Shown here piece by piece: positions 37,916 through 45,411 of a DNA stretch of 45,411 bases (positions within the stretch are counted from its first letter, which is position 1; each line of letters begins with the position of its first letter). Location: positions 1 through 45,411 of the forward strand of contig JBFKDW010000015.1 in the NCBI GenBank assembly GCA_041619515.1. The letters are read 5' to 3'. The notes beneath the pieces are model-generated. The model did no database searches. It had not been told where the DNA came from and saw nothing but the letters and a program-made list of their open reading frames with translations. The stretch is from Acidimicrobiia bacterium (GTDB lineage: Bacteria; Actinomycetota; Acidimicrobiia; Spongiisociales; SHLN01). Position numbers and translations under genes: made by a program.

Positions 37916-39295
37916 ATGAGGAAGGCTTTCCGGCTGATCGCGCTCTTCGCGGCATTGGCGCTCGTGGCAGCGGCATGCGGTGACGACACCAGCGACAGCA
38001 CCGCACCGCCGGCGGCGACGACTACAACCGCCGACCCCGGCACGGGCGATACGACCACTACTACTGAAGAGACCATGACCGGCCCGAGTTTCGACATCGG
38101 GGTGACCGAGGAACCGTGCACGGACGGTGATCCCGGGCGCGGCTGCATTCTGCTGGGGTCGGTCACCGATCAGACCGGCACCTTCGCGGCTGCGTCGCCC
38201 GGCCTGCTTGCCGGCCACCAGCTCTTCTGGGCCCGGGTGAATGCCAGCGGAGGCATCGGTGGCTTGTTCGACGTGGAGATCGTCGACAGCGCAATCGTGA
38301 ACAACAACTACGACCCTGCCACCCACGTCGAGGCCTACCAGGAGATCCGTGAGGAAGTGCTGGCATTGGCCGAATCGCTCGGCACACCGCAGTCGATCGC
38401 GGCGCTGCCCGACATGATCGATGACAACATGGTGGCGGCACCCGCTACCTGGTGGTCCGGCTGGAGCTATCCCGAGAGCGACGCCAATCTCATCCTGGAA
38501 GCGGGGGCCAGCTACTGCGTTGAGGCCATGAACGCCGTCGATTTCGCGCTCGCCAACTTCCCGGGCGGGGCGGCTACCGTCGGCGTCGTCCACTTCCCCG
38601 GTGACTTCGGCGAGGACTATCGGGCCGGCGTCAGGCTTGCGGCCGAGAAGAACGGGCTCGACATCATCTTCGAGCAGCAGACCCTGCCCATCGCTCTCGA
38701 CGCCGAGCAGACCGAGGCGGTAAACGCCGTTGTCTCAGGGGGTGCCGACGTCACCTTCCTCGTGATGGGCCCCAATGAGACCGCGACCGTCGTCGGCAAA
38801 GCGGCCGCGGCCGGTCATGCCAAGCCCTTCATCGGTGCAGGTCCCACCTGGAACGCCCTGCTTCTGCAGAGCCCGGCCGGCCCTGCCTTTGAAGCCGGCA
38901 TCTACTTCAACTCGGCTCCGTGGGGCCCGTGGGCGACCGACACGCCCGGCCACAACGCCATGCGAGCTGCGGCCGAGGCGGCCGGCGTTCCGGCCAGCAA
39001 CTTCGTCAGCGCCGGATGGGTGGAGCAGTACCCACTCAAGGCGGCCCTCGAAGCCGCCGTGGCGGCAGGCGACATCACCCGGGCGGGAGTGGCGGCCGCC
39101 GCCAAGTCACTCGGTGAGGTCGACTTCGAGGGAATGGTCGAGACCATCGCCGATTACGGCGCCAACCCGATCGTGACGGCCAGCGTCGTCTCGGCGGTCG
39201 ATCCGACTGCACCGGATGGCGTGTCGCTGCTGGCAGGCCCCTTCACGGGCCCGACCGCAGCCGCTCATGATTACGACGGCCCCTGTGGCGGCTAG
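37916..39295 (+). CDS. ABC transporter substrate-binding lipoprotein (type I periplasmic-binding fold)
   Basis: Lipobox LVAAAC, Thr-rich linker, VNASGGIGG, SLGTPQS. RBS AGGAGG. Confidence 0.88.
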   Translation: MRKAFRLIALFAALALVAAACGDDTSDSTAPPAATTTTADPGTGDTTTTTEETMTGPSFDIGVTEEPCTDGDPGRGCILLGSVTDQTGTFAAASPGLLAGHQLFWARVNASGGIGGLFDVEIVDSAIVNNNYDPATHVEAYQEIREEVLALAESLGTPQSIAALPDMIDDNMVAAPATWWSGWSYPESDANLILEAGASYCVEAMNAVDFALANFPGGAATVGVVHFPGDFGEDYRAGVRLAAEKNGLDIIFEQQTLPIALDAEQTEAVNAVVSGGADVTFLVMGPNETATVVGKAAAAGHAKPFIGAGPTWNALLLQSPAGPAFEAGIYFNSAPWGPWATDTPGHNAMRAAAEAAGVPASNFVSAGWVEQYPLKAALEAAVAAGDITRAGVAAAAKSLGEVDFEGMVETIADYGANPIVTASVVSAVDPTAPDGVSLLAGPFTGPTAAAHDYDGPCGG

Positions 39296-39310
39296 TTGAC
39301 CCGGATCCAT

Positions 39311-39342
39311 GGAAGAGAGCGCCCGGTCGGGCGCTCTCTTCC
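39311..39342 (+). terminator. Strong stem-loop ending the ABC operon
   Basis: GGAAGAGAGCGCCCG-GT-CGGGCGCTCTCTTCC: a perfect 15-bp inverted repeat 15 nt after the stop. Confidence 0.8.
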
Positions 39343-39427
39343 GATGCGTGCTGCGCCCGGCCGGACCCCGGGCGCCCCCCCGCCGGCTTGTGTTGGGCGG
39401 ATGGCAAGCGATTAGGCTCGCCGGACG

Positions 39428-39997
39428 ATGGCTACGACGTATCTGCCACTTGCATCGACGGTGCTCCCGCGCAAACGGGCGGTGACCGTTGCCCTCGTGG
39501 TTTCCTTTGCACTCTTCACGGCGGCTGCAGCTCAGTTCCGCATCAGCCTGCCGTTCACTCCCGTCCCGATCACCGGGCAGACATTCGCGGTGCTGCTGGC
39601 AGGGGGAGTGCTCGGCAGGCAGGCCGGTGCCGCCAGCCAGTTGCTGTATTGGGTGGCCGGCCTGGTGTTCCCGTTCTACGCGGGGGGAGGCAAGGGCTGG
39701 GACGTGGCGACGGGGGCAACCGGCGGATATCTCATCGGGTTCATCGCCGCGGCCTGGGTGGTCGGGATTCTGGCCGAGCGGGGCCAGGATCGCACGGTGG
39801 CAGCCGCCATGCCCGCGTTCCTGGCAGGCACCGTCATCATCTATCTGTTCGGTGTCCCGTGGCTCGCCCACATCGGTGACTACTCGTGGCAGCGGGCGGT
39901 CGAGCTGGGCGCGGTGCCGTTCATCATCGGTGATCTGATGAAGGTGGCTCTGGCCGGCCTGCTCCTCCCCGGCGCCTGGCGGCTCACCGGTCGCTGA
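39428..39997 (+). CDS. bioY: Biotin transporter BioY (ECF S-component)
   Basis: PFTPVPITGQTFAVLLAG, GATGGYLIGF, YLFGVPWL, PFIIGDLMK. Confidence 0.93.
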   Translation: MATTYLPLASTVLPRKRAVTVALVVSFALFTAAAAQFRISLPFTPVPITGQTFAVLLAGGVLGRQAGAASQLLYWVAGLVFPFYAGGGKGWDVATGATGGYLIGFIAAAWVVGILAERGQDRTVAAAMPAFLAGTVIIYLFGVPWLAHIGDYSWQRAVELGAVPFIIGDLMKVALAGLLLPGAWRLTGR

Positions 39998-40016
39998 GCC
40001 ACTTCCAGGTCGACGG

Positions 40017-40052
40017 CAGGCCGGCTCCGTCTGGAACCGAGCCGGCCTGTTT
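40017..40052 (+). terminator. Stem-loop after bioY
   Basis: CAGGCCGGCTC, 11 nt loop, GAGCCGGCCTG, followed by TTT. Confidence 0.6.
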
Positions 40053-40084
40053 GAGCGTTCACTGGATGTACCATCAGCGATCCC

Positions 40085-41158
40085 ATGACCGAGCTTGCCA
40101 CCACCCTCGAGTACCCGCCCCCGCCCACCGAGCATCCCCGCAGACGCCGTTTCTCGCCGGGCTGGGTGGCCGTCGGCCTGTTGCTGCTGGGCTTCGTGCT
40201 CATCCTGGCTGCCGGCATCCGGGTTCCTTACCTGGCGACCTCGCCCGGTCCGGTGGTGGAGGTCCACGGGATCGTCGAGGTCGACGGTGCCGACTCCTAC
40301 GAGCCCGCCGGTGAGCTGTTCTTCCTGACGATCTCTCGCCCGACTCAGTCATTGACGATCCTGGAGTTGTTCGAGGCGTGGAGGGACCCGGCGGTTGACA
40401 TTGTCGATCGCGACCTCATCGTCCCGGAAGGCCAGACGAGTGACGAGCGGCGGCTGCAGAACCTGCAGATGATGATGAATTCCCAGCAGATCGCCGTAGC
40501 GGTTGCTCTGGATCGCCTCGGCTACGAGGTCGAGGTGGTAGGCACCGGGGCATTGGTGGCTGAAGTCAACGAGGGCAGTGGGGGAGCGGGCATCGTCGAG
40601 GCGGGGGACATTGTGGTGGCGGTCGATGGCACCGACGTCCAGTTCGTTCAGGAGCTGATCAACGAGGTGCGAAAGCGCGAGGTCGGCGACACGGTCACCC
40701 TCACCGTGAGCCGCGACAACGAGTTGATCGACCTGCAGGTGGTGCTCGGCGAGAGCGCCACGGATCCGGGCTTGCCGGTCGTCGGCGTCACCGTTTCCGA
40801 CGCCGGGGCGGCGTTCGATTTCCCCATCACCGTCAACATCGACGCGGGATCGGTGGGTGGCTCGTCGGCGGGGATGATGCTGACCCTGGCCGTCTACAAC
40901 CGCCTCTCGGAGGAGGACATCACCAGGGGCCATCGTATTGCCGGCACCGGCACGATGTCCACCGACGGCTCGGTGGGGCCCATCGGTGGCATGAAACAGA
41001 AGACGATCGGCGCCATCGGGGTCGGCGCCGAGTATCTGCTCGTTCCCGCAGAGGATTTTGAGGCTGCCTTCGAGGCGGCGGATGGCAGGATCGAGGTCGT
41101 GTCCGTGGCAACTATCGACGACGCATTGGCATTCCTGGAATCCCTCGCGCCGGCATAA
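40085..41158 (+). CDS. YlbL/SepM-like membrane PDZ plus Lon-type Ser-Lys protease
   Basis: TM helix, PYLATSPGP, MMNSQQIA, PDZ domain, GGSSAGMML (Ser), IAGTGT, IGGMKQK (Lys). Confidence 0.9.
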   Translation: MTELATTLEYPPPPTEHPRRRRFSPGWVAVGLLLLGFVLILAAGIRVPYLATSPGPVVEVHGIVEVDGADSYEPAGELFFLTISRPTQSLTILELFEAWRDPAVDIVDRDLIVPEGQTSDERRLQNLQMMMNSQQIAVAVALDRLGYEVEVVGTGALVAEVNEGSGGAGIVEAGDIVVAVDGTDVQFVQELINEVRKREVGDTVTLTVSRDNELIDLQVVLGESATDPGLPVVGVTVSDAGAAFDFPITVNIDAGSVGGSSAGMMLTLAVYNRLSEEDITRGHRIAGTGTMSTDGSVGPIGGMKQKTIGAIGVGAEYLLVPAEDFEAAFEAADGRIEVVSVATIDDALAFLESLAPA

Positions 41159-41201
41159 ATCTCTGGCCGCAACCGTGGTTGGACGGTATGGTGATTTCGC
41201 T

Positions 41202-43463
41202 ATGAACGATTTTCGCGATCTCGGTGAGCTCGAATTCGAGGTGACCCGGCGCGGATACGACCGCGACCAGGTGGATGCGTATCTGGCCGGGCTGCGGGCG
41301 GAGCTGGCCAGGCTTCAGAGTGAGATCGCCCAGCCCGCCGCAGTTCCCACCGATGGCAGCTACCCCGAGCCGGTGCAGGCAGAGCTCGATCGGGTGGCGG
41401 CAGAGGTGGAATCTGTGATCACCGCAGCCAGGGAGGCTGCCGAGGGCCTGCGAACCCGGGCGGCGTCGGAGGCGAGCCGGTGGCGGGAAGAGGCCGACGC
41501 CGACGCCCGCCGGTGGCGGGCCGAAGCGGAAGAAGAGACGAGCCGCCTGCGCAGCGAGGCCGAGGCCTCCGCGGCGCGGATGGTTTCCGAGGCACAGGAA
41601 GACAGCGCCAAGCGGCGCAGCGACGCAGACGCCTATGCCGCCCGCGTGCGCGAGGAAGCCGACGTGTACTCCCAGCAGACACGCGAGGTTGCCGAGTCGG
41701 AGGCGGCCCAGATCACCTCTGAGGCCGACGCCTACGCCCGTCAGACGCGCCACGACGCCGAAGCGGAGTCCGCCGAGCTGCGAGAGAACGCCGATTCGTA
41801 CGCTTCCCGGGTCACCACGGCTGCCGACACCTATGCCGCCCAGACGAGGGCGGCGGCCGAGGCGGAAGCCGCCGAGGCCCGGGAACTGGCACGCAGCGAC
41901 GCCGCCGCCTGGCGGGCGGAAGCCGAGACCGAAGCCAATCGGCTCCGGGAGGAGGCCGACGCCTATGCCCGGGAGATCCGGACGGGCGCCGCCGCCGAGG
42001 CCGAACAGCTGACCTCAGAAGCACGGGCCGCCGCTTCCGAAGCCCGTACCTCAGCCGAGGACTACGCCGCCACCCTTCGGCAGAGTGCGGATGCCGAGAC
42101 CGCCCGGCAGCGGAACGAGGCGCAGCTCGCTGCTGAGCTGGCCCGGTCGACGGTGTGGGAAGAAGCCACCGCCATTCTGGACAATGTTGCTCGCGAGGTG
42201 CTCGAGGTGCGACAGCGAGGCGAGAACGAGTCCCTGGCGATCATCGCTGAGGGCGAACAGCAGTCGCATCGGCTGGTGAGCCAGGCACGCCAGTCGGCCG
42301 AGGAGCAACGGCGGGCGGCTCGCATCGAGGCCGATCGGCTCGTCGGCGACGCCCAGGCACAGCACGACGAGATCATCGAGTCCGCCAATCGGGCGGCGGC
42401 GGCCGCGCAGGAGAGGGCACAGGCGCTCGAGCGCCGGCGCTCGGAGCTGATGGGCCAGCTCGAGAAGGCCCAGAAGGCGATGCGCAGCCTGGAGGAGGAG
42501 CTCGAAACCAGGCGAGAGACGCTGCGAGACCGTGAGATCCCGGCCGATTCCAGCACGGTCAAGATCGTCCCCCAATCCGAACCGGACGAGCTGGCGGGGG
42601 TGAGGGTCATTCCCTCGGCGCGGGTTCCGACCGCCACGCCGGTCACGGCCGAAGAGATCATGGACGAGGTTCGCAACCTGCGCGAGCAGCGCTCCGACGT
42701 CGTCGGTGAGCCCGACGACGACTCCGAAGTGTCTGCCCCGGTGGCCGCCGAGGCCGGGCCGGACGAGGGCGAGGGCGAGGCCTCCGAGGCTCCGGAGTCT
42801 CCGGCCGCCGGCAACGACATCGATGCCCTCTTCGCCAACCTCAGGCAGGCCGGCACCCGGTCGGCGGGTGCCGGGACCGCCACCCGCAGCAGCCGGCCGC
42901 GACCGGCCGGCGACGTCGACCCCGACGAGCTGCGGGAGCGGCTGTTGCTGCCCGTTCAGAACAGTGCCCACCGGGAGATAAAGCGCCAGCTGACCGAGCA
43001 ACAGAACCTTGCTTTGGAACAACTGCGCATCATCGGCGCCGACTGGAACCCGGACGCCGGCCTGCACGAAGCGGCGTTTCGCCCGGCAATCACCGAACTG
43101 GCCGTGGAGAGCACCCGGGCCGGCTACCTGGCGGCCCGCGAGCTGGGCATCCGCCGCGACGGCCCGCCGGAGCTCGCGCCCGATGACGTTGAGGTGCCGG
43201 CCGCCGGCTTCGCTATCGAGCTCACCGATGCGGTTGCCGATGCCCTCACCGTGAGCCGGGCGGCGAACGAGCCGAACCGGAAGGTCTCGGCCGCGGTGTC
43301 CCGCATCTATCGCACGTGGCGAACCGGTGCCTCCGAGCAGCGACTGCGGGAGCTGTCCGGCGCGGCCTACGCCCATGCCCTCCGTGAAGCGCTGCGGATG
43401 GAAGGATACGAAGACGCCGATTGGGCACTCGGTGACTGGGCGTCCGCCCGGCACGCCTCCTAG
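41202..43463 (+). CDS. DivIVA-domain protein with a long hendecad coiled coil
   Basis: FEVTRRGYDRDQVDAYL (DivIVA N-terminal motif), about 30 11-residue repeats, an acidic linker and a helical C-terminal domain. Confidence 0.85.
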   Translation: MNDFRDLGELEFEVTRRGYDRDQVDAYLAGLRAELARLQSEIAQPAAVPTDGSYPEPVQAELDRVAAEVESVITAAREAAEGLRTRAASEASRWREEADADARRWRAEAEEETSRLRSEAEASAARMVSEAQEDSAKRRSDADAYAARVREEADVYSQQTREVAESEAAQITSEADAYARQTRHDAEAESAELRENADSYASRVTTAADTYAAQTRAAAEAEAAEARELARSDAAAWRAEAETEANRLREEADAYAREIRTGAAAEAEQLTSEARAAASEARTSAEDYAATLRQSADAETARQRNEAQLAAELARSTVWEEATAILDNVAREVLEVRQRGENESLAIIAEGEQQSHRLVSQARQSAEEQRRAARIEADRLVGDAQAQHDEIIESANRAAAAAQERAQALERRRSELMGQLEKAQKAMRSLEEELETRRETLRDREIPADSSTVKIVPQSEPDELAGVRVIPSARVPTATPVTAEEIMDEVRNLREQRSDVVGEPDDDSEVSAPVAAEAGPDEGEGEASEAPESPAAGNDIDALFANLRQAGTRSAGAGTATRSSRPRPAGDVDPDELRERLLLPVQNSAHREIKRQLTEQQNLALEQLRIIGADWNPDAGLHEAAFRPAITELAVESTRAGYLAARELGIRRDGPPELAPDDVEVPAAGFAIELTDAVADALTVSRAANEPNRKVSAAVSRIYRTWRTGASEQRLRELSGAAYAHALREALRMEGYEDADWALGDWASARHAS

Positions 43464-43539
43464 CTTCGGAGCTTGATCCACATCCTCCCGGCAGCTTCCG
43501 GCGTCTGGTATTGGCGAGCCGCCACCGTAGACTGCCGCT

Positions 43540-45411
43540 GTGATTCACCGAGATCCTGAAGAGAGTCCGCCGCCGCGCCCTCCCCGGCGCCCTGGTCGGA
43601 ACCGCAATATCTTGCGGGCGGCTGCGGTCATTCTGCTCGTGGTGGCGCTCACCGCCCGGGGAGCTGCGGTTGCCTGGACGGACTACCTCTGGTTCAGCTC
43701 GCTCGATTTCCCCGGCGTTTGGCGGACCCTGGTGTTCACCCGCATTTTCATCGTGATCATCGCCACGGTGCTCGCGTTCCTCGTCATCTACCTCAACCTG
43801 CGGCTGGCCGACCGGCTGTCGCCCCGCCGGGCGGTCTTTGCGCTCGGCCAATCCGACGAGCTGGTGGCCCGGTTTCAGGGCTGGGCCGAGATCTACGGCG
43901 GCCGCATCCTGCTGGGGGCAGCCGGGCTCTTTGCATTCCTCATCGGGCTGACGGCCGGCAACTGGTGGGAGCGGGCGCTCCTGTTCTTCAATCAGACCGA
44001 GTTCGGGGCGACCGACCCGGTGTTCGGTCGCGACATCGGCTTCTTCGTGTTCAGCGTCCCGTTCTATCGGGATGTGTTCGGATGGGCCTTTCAGCTGCTG
44101 ATCTGGACGACGCTGCTGGTTGGCGTGCTCCACTATCTCAACGGGGGCATCCAGATCCAGCAGAACATGCAGCGGGTGAGCGCCGCCGTCAAGCTCCACT
44201 TGTCGATTCTCTTTGCCGCCCTGGCGGTGTTCAAAGCCATCGCCTACTGGCTCGACCGCTACGAGCTGGTGTACAGCACTCGCGGTGCGGCCTTCGGGGC
44301 GACCTTTACCGACCTCAACGCGCAGAAACCGGCGCTCGAGCTGCTGGTCGGCATCTCGCTGGTGGCGGCAATTCTCCTGCTCGTCAACATCCGGTTTCGC
44401 GGCTGGACGCTTCCGTTGGTGGCCGGCGGGCTGTGGCTGGTGACCTCCGTGATCGTCGGCGGCATCATCCCGGCGGCCGTTCAGCGGCTTTCGGTGGAGC
44501 CGAACGAGATCGAAAGGGAATCCAGGTACATCGACCGCAACATTGCGGCGACGCGCGACGCCTATGACCTGACCGACATCACGGTCACCGACTTCGCGGC
44601 TTCGGCCGATCTGGGAGCCGACGAGATAGAAGCCAATCGTGCCACCATCGACAACATTCGCCTGTGGGACCCGGGCGTCCTGCGTTCCACCTACAGCCAG
44701 CTCGAGAAGCTGCGCCCGTACTACCAGTTCGCCGACGTCGACGTCGACCGGTATCTCATCGACGGCGAGCTGACCCAGGTTGGGCTGGCCGCCCGTGAGA
44801 TCGAAGTCGACAACGTCGCCGAGAGCACCTGGGTCAACGACCACCTCGTGTTCACCCACGGGTTCGGAGCCGTGCTCAGCCCGTCGAACGCAGTCACGCC
44901 AGAGGGCCAGCCCGAGTTCCTCGTCAACGACATCCCTCCCAAGATCACCACGGACTCGCTCACGCTCACCCAGGAGCGGATCTACTTCGGTGAGGTACCG
45001 ACCGCCAACGAGTTCGTGTTCGTCGGCACCCGCGAGCAGGAGGTGGACGCGCTCAGAGAGAACGGTGAAGTGAGCTTCAACACCTACGACGGGACCGGCG
45101 GAGTCGAGGTGGGGAGCATCTTCCGACGGCTGGCGCTGGCGCTGCGGTTCAACGATTTCAACACCCTCATCTCGAACCGCATCACTGGAGAGAGCAAGGC
45201 TCTGCTGTTCAGGAACATCTCCGACATGGTGGAAAAGGCCGCGCCGTTCCTGTCACAGGACGCCGATCCCTACATCGTCTTCGACAACGGAGGCCTGTTC
45301 TGGGTTGTCGACCTCTATACGACGACCGATCGGTACCCGTACTCGACTCCCGCCGTCCCGGGAGACGCGTTCGGAGGGACCTCCCGGCTCAGCTTCACCG
45401 CCCATTCGCTC
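43540..45411 (+). CDS. UPF0182 family membrane protein; 3'-truncated, absent from the ORF track
   Basis: GTG 43540 follows an in-frame TAG and TAGACT-N6. Motifs WTDYLWFSSL, DPVFGRDIGFFVF, NIRLWD, YYQFADVDVDRY, WVNDHLVFTHGFG and RIYFGE. Open to the window end. Confidence 0.92.
   Translation, partial: MIHRDPEESPPPRPPRRPGRNRNILRAAAVILLVVALTARGAAVAWTDYLWFSSLDFPGVWRTLVFTRIFIVIIATVLAFLVIYLNLRLADRLSPRRAVFALGQSDELVARFQGWAEIYGGRILLGAAGLFAFLIGLTAGNWWERALLFFNQTEFGATDPVFGRDIGFFVFSVPFYRDVFGWAFQLLIWTTLLVGVLHYLNGGIQIQQNMQRVSAAVKLHLSILFAALAVFKAIAYWLDRYELVYSTRGAAFGATFTDLNAQKPALELLVGISLVAAILLLVNIRFRGWTLPLVAGGLWLVTSVIVGGIIPAAVQRLSVEPNEIERESRYIDRNIAATRDAYDLTDITVTDFAASADLGADEIEANRATIDNIRLWDPGVLRSTYSQLEKLRPYYQFADVDVDRYLIDGELTQVGLAAREIEVDNVAESTWVNDHLVFTHGFGAVLSPSNAVTPEGQPEFLVNDIPPKITTDSLTLTQERIYFGEVPTANEFVFVGTREQEVDALRENGEVSFNTYDGTGGVEVGSIFRRLALALRFNDFNTLISNRITGESKALLFRNISDMVEKAAPFLSQDADPYIVFDNGGLFWVVDLYTTTDRYPYSTPAVPGDAFGGTSRLSFTAHSL

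Noticed and set aside
43400..43540. Possible frameshift continuing the DivIVA-like C-terminus into a Cys/His motif
   Set aside because: The alternative reading I checked past the stop gives no such motif, and the UPF0182 promoter and start follow immediately.

Overview
High-GC actinobacterial chromosome segment. WhiB, an Mtb-type SigE, an LPXTG protein and the UPF0182/YlbL/DUF2342 genes point to Actinomycetota; Acidimicrobiia is plausible but is an inference. From left to right the window holds: the 3' part of a sortase-anchored cadherin/DUF11/SdrD-B adhesin; mdh and an SCP2 protein; sdhCAB; whiB; a membrane protein with a degenerate Mrr-like fold; tatA-sigE-rseA-rseB-like; a ~16.6 kb surface-polysaccharide locus (12160-28810); zincin, htrA, moaE and HEAT-repeat genes; a Liv-type ABC operon with an embedded acyl-CoA ligase; bioY; a PDZ/Lon protease; a DivIVA-hendecad coiled-coil protein; and a 3'-truncated UPF0182 gene. 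The best candidate for an undescribed system is the polysaccharide locus. It is bracketed by two Wzc-like ATPases that have both lost the tyrosine cluster, encodes a GDP-mannose 3,5-epimerase-like enzyme, and carries three tandem exported GH120-like beta-helix paralogues. It sits directly downstream of a SigE/RseA/RseB-like cassette. No tRNA, rRNA, CRISPR array or IS element was recognised. All family calls come from reading motifs by eye; no database searches were run.
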